Below, in pieces: positions 37,528-49,440 of a DNA stretch of 64,000 nt. The position numbers and the translations under genes were made by a program. This stretch comes from Octopus sinensis (Eukaryota), in the NCBI RefSeq assembly GCF_006345805.1, contig NC_043001.1, forward strand, positions 19,034,001 to 19,098,000, in the 5' to 3' direction. Under the pieces are notes generated by a model. That model searched no databases. It was not told the origin of the DNA and was given only the letters and a program-made list of their open reading frames with translations. How positions within the stretch are numbered: position 1 is the first letter of the stretch; every line of letters begins with the position of its first letter.

Positions 37528-37811
37528 ATTAATCTGTATATTTTGTATATTTTTATTTGTCTTGCTCGTTTACGTTCTGGCGTTTGCTAACTTTTCTTGA
37601 GACCATTCTTTTCTTAGTGGTTAGACCATGGGGGGGGGGCGACTTCTAGCATAATGGATGTCCACTTAGTGGTCATCACTCTTATATGTATATAATATAA
37701 ATTTTCTGAATCTTCAGATTTTTCTATATGCCAAGCTACTGGTTTTAATTGATATTAATCAAATTAATTAACCCGAATTATTTTAATTTTAAATTTACAC
37801 ACACAGACACA

Positions 37812-37899
<88 letters not shown>

Positions 37900-37904
37900 T
37901 ATGC

Positions 37905-38283
37905 TTCACAATCACATGGTTCTGAGTTCATTCCCACCGCGTAGCACCTTGAACAATAACTTCTACTATAGCCTCGGGCCGACCAAAGCCTTGTAAGAGG
38001 GTTTGGTAGACGGAAACTGAACGATGACGTCATATATATATACATACATAGATAAGTATGAATTTGTGTGTATGTTCTTGTCCCCCTCCCCCGGCCATCG
38101 CTTGACAACCGTTGCTGGTGTGTTTGCGCTCATGTAACATAGCGGTTCGGCCAAAGGTAGAATAAGTAGTAGGCTTATAAGGAATAAGTCCTGAAGTCGA
38201 TTTGTTCGACCAAAGGCGGTGCTCCAGCATGGCCAAAGTCAAATGACTGAAACAAGTAAAAAGAATAAAACAGTATATGAAGA

Positions 38284-38329
<46 letters not shown>

Positions 38330-38475
38330 ATAGGATTGGCTGTGTGGTACGAACCACATGGTTCCGAGTTCAGTCCCACTGCGTGGCGCCTTCGGCAAGT
38401 GTCTTCTACTATAACCTCGGGCCGACCAAAGCGTTGTGAGTGGATTTGGTAGACGGAAACTGAAAGAAGCCCATC
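37905..38475 (+). mobile_element. two adjacent SINE family A copies (diverged copy and a head fragment)
   Basis: 37905-38270 body and tail; 38331-38475 head. Confidence 0.82.
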
Positions 38476-38683
38476 ATATATATGTATGTATGTGTGTGCG
38501 CGCGCGTGTGTGTGCGCGCGCGTGTGTGCGTGTGTCCGTGTGCATGTGCGTGTGTGTTCGTGTGTATGTGTACATACATACAGACTTAAATACATATATA
38601 CATATGCATGTAAATACAAGTCTACACTCAGACACACACACACACGTATGCACATAGACACGCACACACACACACGCACGCAT

Positions 38684-38743
<60 letters not shown>

Positions 38744-39021
38744 GCTACGTACGAATTCAAGCTCGAAGGAAGTGAATGCGTGAGTGAGTGAGTGTGTAGT
38801 ACAGCTTGTTGCTGCTGTCAGAATAAACATATCAAGAAGCTGTGTGCTTCCTGCAATGTTTTCTTTGCTTAGGCACTGGTGGCCGAAGGTTTACCATTGC
38901 CAATAACAACAATCAAAACAGTTTGTAACCACAACAACCCTTCAATAACATAAACTTGTTCGGTATTATTAAGCCGCGGGTGCTTGTGTCCGAAGTACTT
39001 GTTGGCTTTGAAACTTATCTT

Positions 39022-39490
39022 CAGACACATACGTACGTACGTACACAAATACATACATACGTACATACATACATACATACTTACGCACGTACACATATTC
39101 ATACATATATTCATACAAACATGCATACATACGTAAATACGTACATACATTCATACATACATACATACACACACACACACATACATACATACACACACAC
39201 ATACATACATACATACATACATACATACAGACACATACATACATACATGCATAATACATACATACATTCATACATACATACATATATAATACATACATAC
39301 ATACTTACATACATACATACATGCATACATACAAACGTACATACATACATACATACATGCATGCATGCATGCATGCATACATACATACATACATACATAC
39401 ATACATACATACATACATACATACACACATACATACATACACACACACATACATACATACATACATACATACATACATTCATACATACAT

Positions 39491-39521
<31 letters not shown>

Positions 39522-39625
39522 TACATACATACATACATGCATACATACATACATACATACATTCATACACACACACATACATACATACATACATACATAC
39601 ATACATGCATACATACATACATAAC
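39022..39625. repeat. about 600-bp (TACA)n microsatellite
   Basis: Seen directly; explains the 222-aa and 184-aa pseudo-ORFs. Confidence 0.98.
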
Positions 39626-39966
39626 ATACATAAGCATACCCGTGTACACGCCCGCACGTACACACGTAGATACAACCATACTCGCCTGTACATCAACTTC
39701 CCTCGGCCATGCTTACGTTTGTATCAATATGCACGTCAAGTTTACACTCATAAATAAACCTCGATGCGAGCGATGTTGCTTCGTATTGATGTAAAAGTCT
39801 GAGTGAATATTTGAACGAGAGAGAAAGAGAGAGATAGAGAGTGGGGGAGGAATGGATATATGTGAGAAAAAAAGATTATGTATTTAAGAAGGAAAAACAG
39901 AAGGAGATAGGCACAAGTGAACGAGGCAATAGGACTTTGAGAGGAATATATGTGTGTGTGTGTGAA

Positions 39967-40305
39967 GGCGCATGGCTCAGTGGTTAGAGCGTCGAGCTTA
40001 CGATCGTGAGGTTGTGAGCTCGAATCCCGGACCGGGCTGCGTGTTGTGTTCTCGAGCAAGGCACTTTATTTCACGTTGCTACAGTTCACTCAGCTGAAGA
40101 AATGAGTTGCGACGTCACAGGTGCCAAGCTGTATCGACCTTTGTCTTTCCCTTGGATAACACTGGTGGCGTGGAGAGGGGAGGCTGGTATGCATGGGCGA
40201 CTGCTGGTCTTCCATAAACAGCCTTGCTCGGACTTGTGTCTAGGAGGGTAACTTTCTAGGTGCAATCCCATGGTCATTCATGACCGAAGGGGGTCTTTAC
40301 CCTTT
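39967..40305 (+). mobile_element. SINE family D (tRNA head plus CORE-like segment)
   Basis: ggcgcatggctcagtggttagagc..ctcgaatccc head, then gtgttctcgagcaaggcacttt..cagttcactcagctg..aaatgag. Confidence 0.75.
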
Positions 40306-40377
40306 ATGTGTATTTGTGTTTGTGTGATCATGTATTTGTGTATGTATGTATGTGTGTGTTTGTGTATGTATGTAGTG

Positions 40378-40514
40378 CTTTATTGCAGCTGAAAAGATTC
40401 CACAAACCTTTACTCAGAATTCCACGAAACTGATCATCATCTCATTATTGTCCGATGATCAGAAACATGAAACTCCGAGTAGCAGGTTGTGAAATCTTTT
40501 CAGCTTCAGTAAAG
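40378..40514. repeat. old imperfect palindrome (about 60-bp arms)
   Basis: 40378-40438 versus reverse complement of 40454-40514, roughly three-quarters identical. Confidence 0.7.
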
Positions 40515-40892
40515 CTCTTTTCACTCTACATTAAGTATCCGAGTACTATATTCTTTCCTTCGTTTAGCAGTTATGTGCTTGCATGTGTGTACATACAATA
40601 AAGTAAGCAAACGATGTGCATTGTGCGACGTCGATGTACCAAGGGTTGAAGACAAAGAATACAACAAAGAGAAAAATTAGGCGAAAGCAGAGTAAACTGG
40701 AAAGTAGACGAAAACTGAATGGATGAGAAATTAGACGTCGACATGACATACGGAATATTCGCAGCTATGTTTTCCCTTTCAGTCAAAGACGCAAAATATC
40801 ATGGCAGTTTCACACCAATTACCTTTGATAGTGGTGAATTGTGTAGGCACTAGTACTTTTATTAAGGTACTGAAAAGAAAGTAAATGTGTGC

Positions 40893-41236
40893 TCCGGGTT
40901 CAGTCCCACTGCGTGGTACCTTGGGCAAGTGTCTTCTACTAGAGCCTCGGGTCGACCAAAGCCTTGTGAGTGGATATGATAGACGGAAACCGAAAGCCCG
41001 TCGTATATATGTATATATATGCATGTGTTTGTGCGTCTGTGTTTTCCCACCACCATCGCTTGACAACCGATGCTGGTGTGTTTACGTCCCCGTAACTTAG
41101 CGGTTCGGCAAAAAGGACCGATAGAATAAATACTAGGCTTACAGAGAATAAGTCCTGGGGTTGATTTGCTCAACTAAAGGCGGTGCTCCAGCATGGCCAC
41201 AGTCAAATGACTGAAACAAGTAAAAGAGTAAGAGAG
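40893..41236 (+). mobile_element. SINE family A, 5'-truncated
   Basis: From ccgggttcagtccc to the tail. Confidence 0.88.
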
Positions 41237-41322
41237 AAACAAACAAGACATTATATAAATACGACAACGAATTATGCATATGTAACAGCACGAAGCCTTA
41301 CGGCTAATACAAACAAAAAATA

Positions 41323-41361
<39 letters not shown>

Positions 41362-41411
41362 TTTATTTCTTCGTTTGTATTTAGCCGTATATATATATAT
41401 ATATATTATAT

Positions 41412-41492
<81 letters not shown>

Positions 41493-41538
41493 ATATATAT
41501 ATATACTTTATTTTAAGCAGCAGAAAATTCAACAAAAT

Positions 41539-41576
41539 CTGTTACTCTGAGTTTCTCGTTGCCGTTCATCAGACAG
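41539..41576 (-). ncRNA. minimal hammerhead-like motif, canonical core
   Basis: ctgt-CTGATGA-a-CG-gcaa-CG-a-GAAA-CTCAGAG-TA-acag; identical copy at 45201-45238. Confidence 0.68.
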
Positions 41577-41685
41577 TTATATTATATAACGGGAAGCTTT
41601 ATGAAAATAAACAAAAGACGAAGGCAGGTGGAATACAAACAAACAATTGTATTAGTATGGCGCTCAGGAATATAAATAAAACAAG

Positions 41686-41723
41686 TCTTTTACGTTTCGA
41701 GCCTACGCTCTTCAACAGAAAGA
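41686..41723 (-). ncRNA. minimal hammerhead-like motif (CUGUUGA variant)
   Basis: tcttt-CTGTTGA-A-GAGC-gtag-GCTC-GAAA-CG-TA-aaaga. Confidence 0.55.
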
Positions 41724-41799
41724 TACACAGTAAAGAAACACGGAGAGAAACAAGGAGAGAAACAAATGCGTGCAGAAGCTAGCGATTCAACATATATAT

Positions 41800-41965
41800 A
41801 TGACGAGCTTCTTTCAGTTCCTATCTATCAAATCCACTCACAAGGCTTTGGTTGGCTCGAGACTATAGTAGAAAGACACTTGCCCAAGATGCCACGCAGC
41901 GGGACTGAACCCAGAACCATGTGGTTGGTAAGCAAGCTAAATGCCACACAACCACTCCTGTGCCT
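41800..41965 (-). mobile_element. SINE family A head
   Basis: Reverse-complement match. Confidence 0.85.
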
Positions 41966-42210
41966 AAACATATATATCTACACACACACACACACACGTA
42001 AATATATATATATATATATATATATAATATAATAATAATAAATATTAGGGAATAAATCCAATTTACAGGGAAAAAATCAGATTTAGGATTAAATCCAATT
42101 TTATAGTAAAATATTATAAAATATTATTAGAGACAAAACCACTATTTTGTAAAACAACAAGGAAAGACTTAATCAATACATAAAATTTTAATAAATAGTC
42201 AAAAAAACCG

Positions 42211-42253
42211 CCACTACAATTGTTTCTTGTCTTGATCGACAATCTTCAGGTGG
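42211..42253 (-). ncRNA. minimal type-I hammerhead
   Basis: ccac-CTGAAGA-TTGTC-gatcaa-GACAA-GAAA-CAATTG-TA-gtgg. Confidence 0.75.
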
Positions 42254-42309
42254 ACTTCCAATAAGTCAGTTTCAAATTATGAAGAATTTGAAACTGACTT
42301 ATTGGAAGT

Positions 42310-42352
42310 CCACCTGAAGATTGTCGATCAAGACAAGAAACGATTGTAGTGG
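42310..42352 (+). ncRNA. minimal type-I hammerhead (inverted partner)
   Basis: ccac-CTGAAGA-TTGTC-gatcaa-GACAA-GAAA-CGATTG-TA-gtgg. Confidence 0.72.
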
Positions 42353-42362
42353 CGGTTTTTTT

Positions 42363-42772
42363 TTACTCTTTTTTCTCTTTTCTCTTACTTGTTTCAGTCA
42401 TTTGACTGCGGCCATGCTGGAGCACCGCCTTTAGTCGAGCAAATCGACCCGGGACTTATTCTTTGTAAGCCCAGTACTTATTCTATCGGTCTCTTTTGCC
42501 GAACCGCTAAAGTTACGGGACGTAAACACACAAGCATCGGTTTGTCAAGCAATGCTAGGGGACAACACAGACACACAAACACACCACACACATACATATA
42601 TATATATTACATATATACGACAGGCTTCTTTCAGTTTCCGTCTACCAAATCCACTCACAAGGCATTGGTCGGCCCGAGGCTATAGCAGAAGACACTGCCC
42701 AAGAGGCCACGCAGTGGACTGAACCCGGAACCGTGTGGTTGGTTAGCAAGCTACTTACCACACAGCCACTCC
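42363..42772 (-). mobile_element. SINE family A, full length, inserted in the fold-back arm
   Basis: Complete reverse-complement match; the arm sequence resumes immediately after it. Confidence 0.92.
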
Positions 42773-42844
42773 TATTTATTAAAATTATGTATTGATTAAG
42801 TCTTTCCTTGTTGTTTTGCAAAATAGTGGTTTTTGTCTCTAATA

Positions 42845-42941
<97 letters not shown>

Positions 42942-42942
42942 G

Positions 42943-42977
<35 letters not shown>

Positions 42978-43199
42978 AGATATATATAAATGAAAGAATG
43001 AGTCGAACGACGATTTAACAAATTCCTTTATTCTCGACATATTTTCGAAGACTGCATATCCGCAATCCGAAGGAATAAAGGGTAAATTTGCTACCCCGGG
43101 TATCGGTTAACCGAATTATCCATACTAGGATAATTCATTCAACACATACTACTTAACAATATATATATATATATATATATATACATACATAATAATACA

Positions 43200-43233
<34 letters not shown>

Positions 43234-43701
43234 CATACATACATACATACATACATACATACATACATACATACATACATACATACATACATACACACAC
43301 GTTTCTGTATATTTGTATCAGAAGCGTGCTTTAATTAACACTTGTCTTTATCGTTGAATCATCGCTGAGAATTAAAATTCACTGAAGTTTTTTAAGCTCA
43401 ATTTTCTTCTTTCATTTTTTCTTTCTTTCCTGTTTCTTTATTCATTTTTTTCTCTTCTCTCTATCTTTTTTAATTCGTTTACTCTAAATTTTCCTGCTCT
43501 TTCATTCTTTCCGCTGTCTCATTTTGTCTTTTACTTTTCTGCATATACGTGTGTGTGTATGTAAGTGTGTGAGTGTGTGTGTGTACGGAGATGTGTGTGG
43601 GGAGATTATGTCTGTATGTATATGTATGTGCCCATGTGTGTATATGATGCGTGTATAGGGTGTGTATATATGCAAACACACACATATACATATACATACA
43701 T

Positions 43702-43749
<48 letters not shown>

Positions 43750-43953
43750 TATACGTACACACTCATATACATTTGCATTTATGAATAAGCATATTTTAGA
43801 TATGTATGTTAACCTTTGTTAGTGTGTATGTGTAATGTATTTGTTGGTTATATGCTTATATGTGTTAAATTAAAAATTATATATATGTTTATAATTATTT
43901 ACATAAGTATATAATTATATATTACATGTATATATATGTATATGTATATATAT

Positions 43954-44029
<76 letters not shown>

Positions 44030-44093
44030 TATATCTCGCTGTAATAGATCACTAAACCTTTTCTATTTTCTCACCCAGTTTATTTTCGTGTTC

Positions 44094-44200
44094 CTTTCTA
44101 TGGAAGAGCGTAGGCTCGAAACGTAAATGACTTTCTCACATCCCGAGCGTTAAGCTAATACATCTGTTTGTTGTTTACACACCCGTCTTCGTCGTTTTGA
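44094..44200 (+). mobile_element. hammerhead-bearing short repeat (decayed core) of the CUGUUGA family
   Basis: GAGC-gtag-GCTC-GAAA-CG-TA plus a cccgagcgttaa.ctaatac tail, as in the reverse complement of 45530-45625. Confidence 0.6.
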
Positions 44201-44599
44201 TTACTTGCAAATTCTCACTATATATATATATATATATAAAATTTGGGAAAACAATTTTCCAAATCAATCAGGTGCAACCCTACAGCGTTATATGCATCTA
44301 CATATCATGCCTTGGGGTCTTATTTATCGCTAAATTTCCATATTTATCTATAAATATACAAAGTATCTGATATAGTCAATATTCAATTTGGGTGGTGGGG
44401 TTAATCGATATGCAGGTATTCTATTTCAGATAATACAAAATTAACCTAATGAGTATATCTTACAGTAAACCCACGGTATCAGTCTGCACATCACGAAATA
44501 ATACTTAAAGGATATAACCAAAATTACCAGCTGGGTATATAATATACTTCATTAATTATATCATACGTTAGTTAATACTTATACTTATTAAATATGAAA

Positions 44600-44737
44600 G
44601 AACTACACGTGTTTCAGTATTGGAAGATTACAATATATATACATATACACAACTGTATTCCTATATATATATATACATATATAAATACATAAATGCAATG
44701 GTCAGATTTACAATAATTCCAACACATCTTCAGGTTC
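44600..44737 (-). ncRNA. hammerhead-like motif with expanded stem-II loop
   Basis: gaac-CTGAAGA-t-GTGTTGGAA..about 90 nt..TTCCAATAC-t-GAAA-CACGTG-TA-gttc. Confidence 0.5.
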
Positions 44738-45074
44738 TATTTCAAAATATTATATATCTAATTTTACATCCCTTTAACAATAAGCAATAAAATTAAGCAG
44801 TAAAGATAAAAAATTACTAATTAACAATTAAGAATACAAATTTATACTTTGTAATATTAAGAATTAAAATTTATGAATTATACATTATAAATATGAATTA
44901 GTATATGTATCATGTAAAATCAAGTATATCTCAAATACACAATGTGAAATATAAGATTAAACATCAGAATAAAAATCTCTCTCCTTCTTCCCTTTTTTCC
45001 TGAGCGCCTAATAATAATACTTTAATTGTTCCACCTCTTTGCGTTGTTGTCTTTTCTGTTTTGTGTTTGGATTA

Positions 45075-45113
<39 letters not shown>

Positions 45114-45200
45114 TATACATATATATATATATATTTTAAAGGTGTAGCGTTTGTAAGAGTCTGGATTGAATTGATATATCGGTTCCATTCTAGCAAAAAA

Positions 45201-45238
45201 CTGTCTGATGAACGGCAACGAGAAACTCAGAGTAACAG
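45201..45238 (+). ncRNA. minimal hammerhead-like motif, canonical core
   Basis: Identical to the reverse complement of 41539-41576. Confidence 0.68.
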
Positions 45239-45291
45239 ATTTTGTTGAATTTTCTGCTGCTTTAACTAATGTATATATATATATATACATA

Positions 45292-45400
<109 letters not shown>

Positions 45401-45587
45401 TTGATTTAATGTATAGATAGATTACGTAAGTTTTTATAGTATCTTGACTTCCTGATAAAAATCATTAACATGATTTTATCCTTATTTTCTATTGTATGTG
45501 ATTGGAATTTACAAAAAAAAAGTGATGAAGACAGGTGTGTAAACAACAAACAGGTGTATTAGTTTAACGCTCGGGAAGGTGAGAAAG

Positions 45588-45625
45588 TCTTTTACGTTTC
45601 GAGCCTAGGCTCTTCAACAGAAAAA
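45588..45625 (-). ncRNA. minimal hammerhead-like motif (CUGUUGA variant)
   Basis: tttt-CTGTTGA-A-GAGC-ctag-GCTC-GAAA-CG-TA-aaag. Confidence 0.55.
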
Positions 45626-45705
45626 GAAACATGAGAAAATAGAGAGAGAATAAAAAAAGCTTTAGTGTCTAGCGGTCGATCAAGAGTTATATACAAACAC
45701 ACACA

Positions 45706-45775
<70 letters not shown>

Positions 45776-45949
45776 ATATATATATATACATATATATATA
45801 TATTATATATATATATATATATATATGTTTGTATATATATATATATGTATGTATATATGTATATATATGTATGTATGTATATATATACATATACACATAC
45901 ATATATATATATATATATACACATACATATATATATATAGAGAGAGGGG

Positions 45950-46400
45950 GGGTTGACTCAACCCGCTGGAGCTGAGACGGGAAAGGTATGCAGTAGTAAT
46001 ATATACCTGAAAAATCCCAGAAAAAGCTTGCCAAACTTTGGCATCGTCACTTACACGAACAGTAGGACGAGGCACTACTGGATGGCACCAAAGGTCCCAA
46101 CATTGCCATCAGGATACAGGACCAGATACTGCAGCAGTTTAGGCTTCAAAGGGCAACAGGTCTTCAATATCCTCCCACAAAGTCTGAGAGACCTGCATGG
46201 CATAGATGTAGACTTTTACAAAACAAAATTAGATCTCCTTCTTTCAGGAGTCCTAGATGAACCTACCTCTAGGAAAGAAACACAGATGGGGGTGCAACGT
46301 CCAACTACCTCAACCACCAAATGTCACAAATCAGAGGAAGTTTAGTGAAAGCATAGCAAAGTAAAAAGCGGTGCCACAGCATTACCACAATCCTTTGACT
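45950..46400 (+). mobile_element. CR1-group LINE 3' fragment
   Basis: [16 protein letters not shown]../LPNFGI..TRYCSSLGFKGQQVFNILPQSLRDLHG..FYKTKLDLLLSGVLDEP. Confidence 0.8.
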
Positions 46401-46420
46401 GAAACTTAGAATATATATAT

Positions 46421-46895
46421 AATTAATAATATCAAAGGGTAATCAGAAATATTAGAAATTTCCATTATCAGTGACCTAGCGTGTGAAAATTTAGTCAATA
46501 GACTATATATTATTCATATAAATACAGTGTACATTTAAACACATAAGAGGCATCCATCATAGGACTCCTTGCACGCTGGAGAGAACAGTTAAATTCCAAA
46601 ACACTATTAGGGATGAAATTACGAAGGGAATGAAAACTAAAAACATTTACCATCTAACTCCTGGACCAAAGGTTTCAGACTTTTTTTTAGCAAATAAAAT
46701 AACTTGCTAGGCGAAGTCTTCTTCAGCGGGTACACCTTAGATTAAATATATATACACGAGTCAATCCAGTATATGCCGCGTGCTTTATTGACTATCCAGT
46801 ATATGTCCCGTGCTTTATTGACTAAATTTTTACACGCTAGGCCACTGGTAGCGGAAATTTATAATATTTCTGATTACCCTTTGATATTATTAATT
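46421..46895. mobile_element. inverted-repeat-bounded unit enclosing a hammerhead
   Basis: 80-bp inverted repeats (46421-46500 / 46816-46895, 74/80 identical). Confidence 0.7.
46660..46730 (-). ncRNA. type-I hammerhead-like motif
   Basis: cccg-CTGAAGA-AGACTT..TAGCAA/TTGCTA..AAGTCT-GAAA-CC-ttt-GG-TC-cagg; one mismatch in stem I. Confidence 0.65.
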
Positions 46896-47039
46896 ATTGA
46901 TAATTTTTTTCTGGATAATTTTCGAATTGAAAAGCCGGCATTTTTATTTACTGCCGACAAGGAGCTGCGCTTGCGCGGTAGATTTGAAAAATTAAAATGT
47001 ATAAGCAGGGGGCATATACTGGATTGCCTCGTGTATATA

Positions 47040-47780
47040 TATAATTCTTGATAACAATCTCAGTTGGAGTGTCCACGTCAACAATAAAGTCGATATAGCT
47101 CGTAAGACGAGCTCCTGGATCCTAAGAACCTTCCGGTCCTGAGAACAAGGTGTCATCGTTCCACTTTTTTCCTCCTTCGTACGGCCACACATCGAATACT
47201 GCTGCCCCCTGTGGTCTACCCATACAAAACATCTCGAAAATTGAATCACCCCAGAGGGCAGTCACTAAACGAATTAAGGGCATGACTGATCGCGATTACT
47301 GGGACCGCCTTAAAGCAATAAAACTCTACTCTCTCCAGCGCCGCCGCGAGCGGTACATCATTTGCACGATATTGTGAATATACCGCCAGCATTGCCCAAA
47401 TGACCTCAACATTAGCTTCAGAATTCATCCACGACTGGGACCACGGGCCATACGTCCCCTACCCAATTCAGAATCACAACACATAAATACACTGCAACAC
47501 AATTTTTTTCCTCAATAGGCTCTGTCCTATTTAACACTGTCTCAAAATAGATCAAAGAGGAAAAGGATCCCATCACCTTTAAACAGAATCTGGGCAAATT
47601 TCTTCAAGGAGTAAAAGACAATCCACCTATAACTGGATACAGCTCACTCAACAAGAGCTCTCTCCTCAAATTGACCATGATACCGCAAAACCTGATTTTA
47701 AAGGGATTTAGATAATCCTATCGGGTGGTGGTTTTAAGTTGGATATGGCCTGGACCAATCTTTAGTCGAAACATAACTAA
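47040..47780 (+). mobile_element. CR1-group LINE 3' fragment
   Basis: LDNNLSWSVHV..WILRTFRS..VRPHIEYCCPLWS/..IESPQRAVTKRIKGM..YWDRLKAIKLYSLQRRRERY..LFN..FKQNL.KFL, with stops and frameshifts. Confidence 0.88.
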
Positions 47781-47964
47781 GTTTTATATATAGGTGCACA
47801 AAGACATATATACATTTATACATACATGTGTGTGTGTGTATGTGTGCGTGTGTGCTTGTGCGTGCGTGCTTGTGTATGTGTGTGTGTGTGTGCGTGTACC
47901 AAATAGCGATCGCAATGGCTTTGGCACCCTGAGATTTGGTACCAATTAACAGCGCCCAGTTGCA

Positions 47965-48073
47965 ATGACACTACGAAGTAAAATCCACATCGTAGCATGC
48001 TTGCTTTACATTCTGCCATCTGCGTGCCTATTTGGTGAAACCAGGAGCGACAGCTGGAATCATAAAAATTCCG
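47965..48073 (+). CDS. possible signal-peptide-coding first exon (unverified)
   Basis: MTLRSKIHIVACLLYILPSACLFG-ETRSDSWNHKNS followed by a phase-1 donor G|gtgaga; no downstream exon found. Confidence 0.2.
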
Positions 48074-48771
48074 GTGAGATTCTTTTACTCTCAACCCTTG
48101 TGACTAATAACTATAAAGGAGTATGTGCTTTTACACCGCCTGAAGAGACACATAAATTTCGAAACAGAAGGATACGTAGTGAAAGTGTTGCTAAAATGTG
48201 AGATCTCGCTTATGCTTTATATAGTGTATCTGAAACTGGCTCTTTCCGTCTATTCCTTTTCTCAATACACTTGTGAAACAGCCTCAAGCATTTCATAATC
48301 TCAGCTTATTTTGTGAGCACGTTCTGTAAAAGTATCTTGCTAAGATTAATTTGACGGTATCATTCGAATACGTGTCACATTACCAAATACACTCACACAC
48401 ACGTACGCACACACACACAATGTAGCGTATGTATTTTGTAAATGAAGATACAGTTTTAACACAGCTATGTGTGAAAAATAATGAACGTCGTTACTCTACA
48501 TCACTTATCTCTCCGAAGGCAGAATTAGCGTCAGCCTAATTTATTTCTAGTGTTCGTAAACATTACTAGAAAGAATGTTCAGTTAGTGATTGGCGGCTTA
48601 TAAATATTTATACGGCATACAATCTAGGATTCAACTACACTTGTAAGACTAATTAGTATAATTGTTCATGCACTAACAGGTTGGATTAGTCTACAGTACT
48701 TTACACAGTATGTTTGGATGAGTTGAAAAATAGCATAAAATATAATTTAAACTAAGATGCCATTTAAAATA

Positions 48772-49073
48772 TCTTTATATATAAAAGTGAAGTTGTGTGA
48801 GTGTCTGTCTCCTACGATTTAGATTCCTAACTACTCCCACATTTTGCGGTGCAGTTTAACCAAAAGTGGGTATCTTATAGTCATGATTCATATCGAGCCC
48901 TTCTGAGTATTAGCGCGCGTCTACGATGAGTCTACGATTTAAAAAAAAATTTACCATAAATTTTTCCCATTTTTAATGCATTTTTTGCTATTATATAAGG
49001 GAAGTAACTCTCTAAAAATGCTTATATAGTTATTTCCCTTATAAACCCGAGCAAAGCCGGGCGATACTGCTAG
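48772..49073 (+). mobile_element. non-autonomous Helitron (same family as 7410)
   Basis: A|TC start, cccgagcaaagccggg hairpin, CTAG|T end. Confidence 0.87.
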
Positions 49074-49440
49074 TACCATCTAAAATAAAAGTACTATTTT
49101 AACTTTGCTGGGAAGCGTAGACAAAGTAGTTGCATAGTTCTTATTTTTCTCTCTGGAGGGTAATTTAGTGTTTGGAGTGTTAGATTTTCATCATGAAAAA
49201 AATGACATTCTCTCTCCTCGAAGACGTGAGTAATTTTGTTTATTTTTCACAGCTTGTCTAAAATTTCATGAATTAATAAAAAGAAAACAGACTTAACACT
49301 TCAAATTATCCAGGCGCGATAAGTAACGCACAATGAATTCCTTAGTTAATCCACGTCGTCATCGCCTGCACTGTTATGCAAATTAGACTAATATAGCTGA
49401 GTTCTAGTTTGTATACATTATAAATATCTTTGAGCTCTCA

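Larger units (their letters stand above)
42115..42855. repeat. fold-back duplication with two hammerheads, right arm split by a SINE
   Basis: Left arm 42115-42278, 6-nt loop, right arm 42285-42362 plus 42772-42855; the inner 78 bp have one mismatch. Confidence 0.92.

Noticed and set aside
43020-43090. Minus-strand stem-loop with stem II, GAAA, GUC and a long stem I
   Set aside because: The CUGANGA half of the core is missing; at best a dead remnant.
48135-48170. CTGAAGA..GAAAC hammerhead-like match
   Set aside because: Only a 2-bp stem II; no stem III palindrome or stem I partner.
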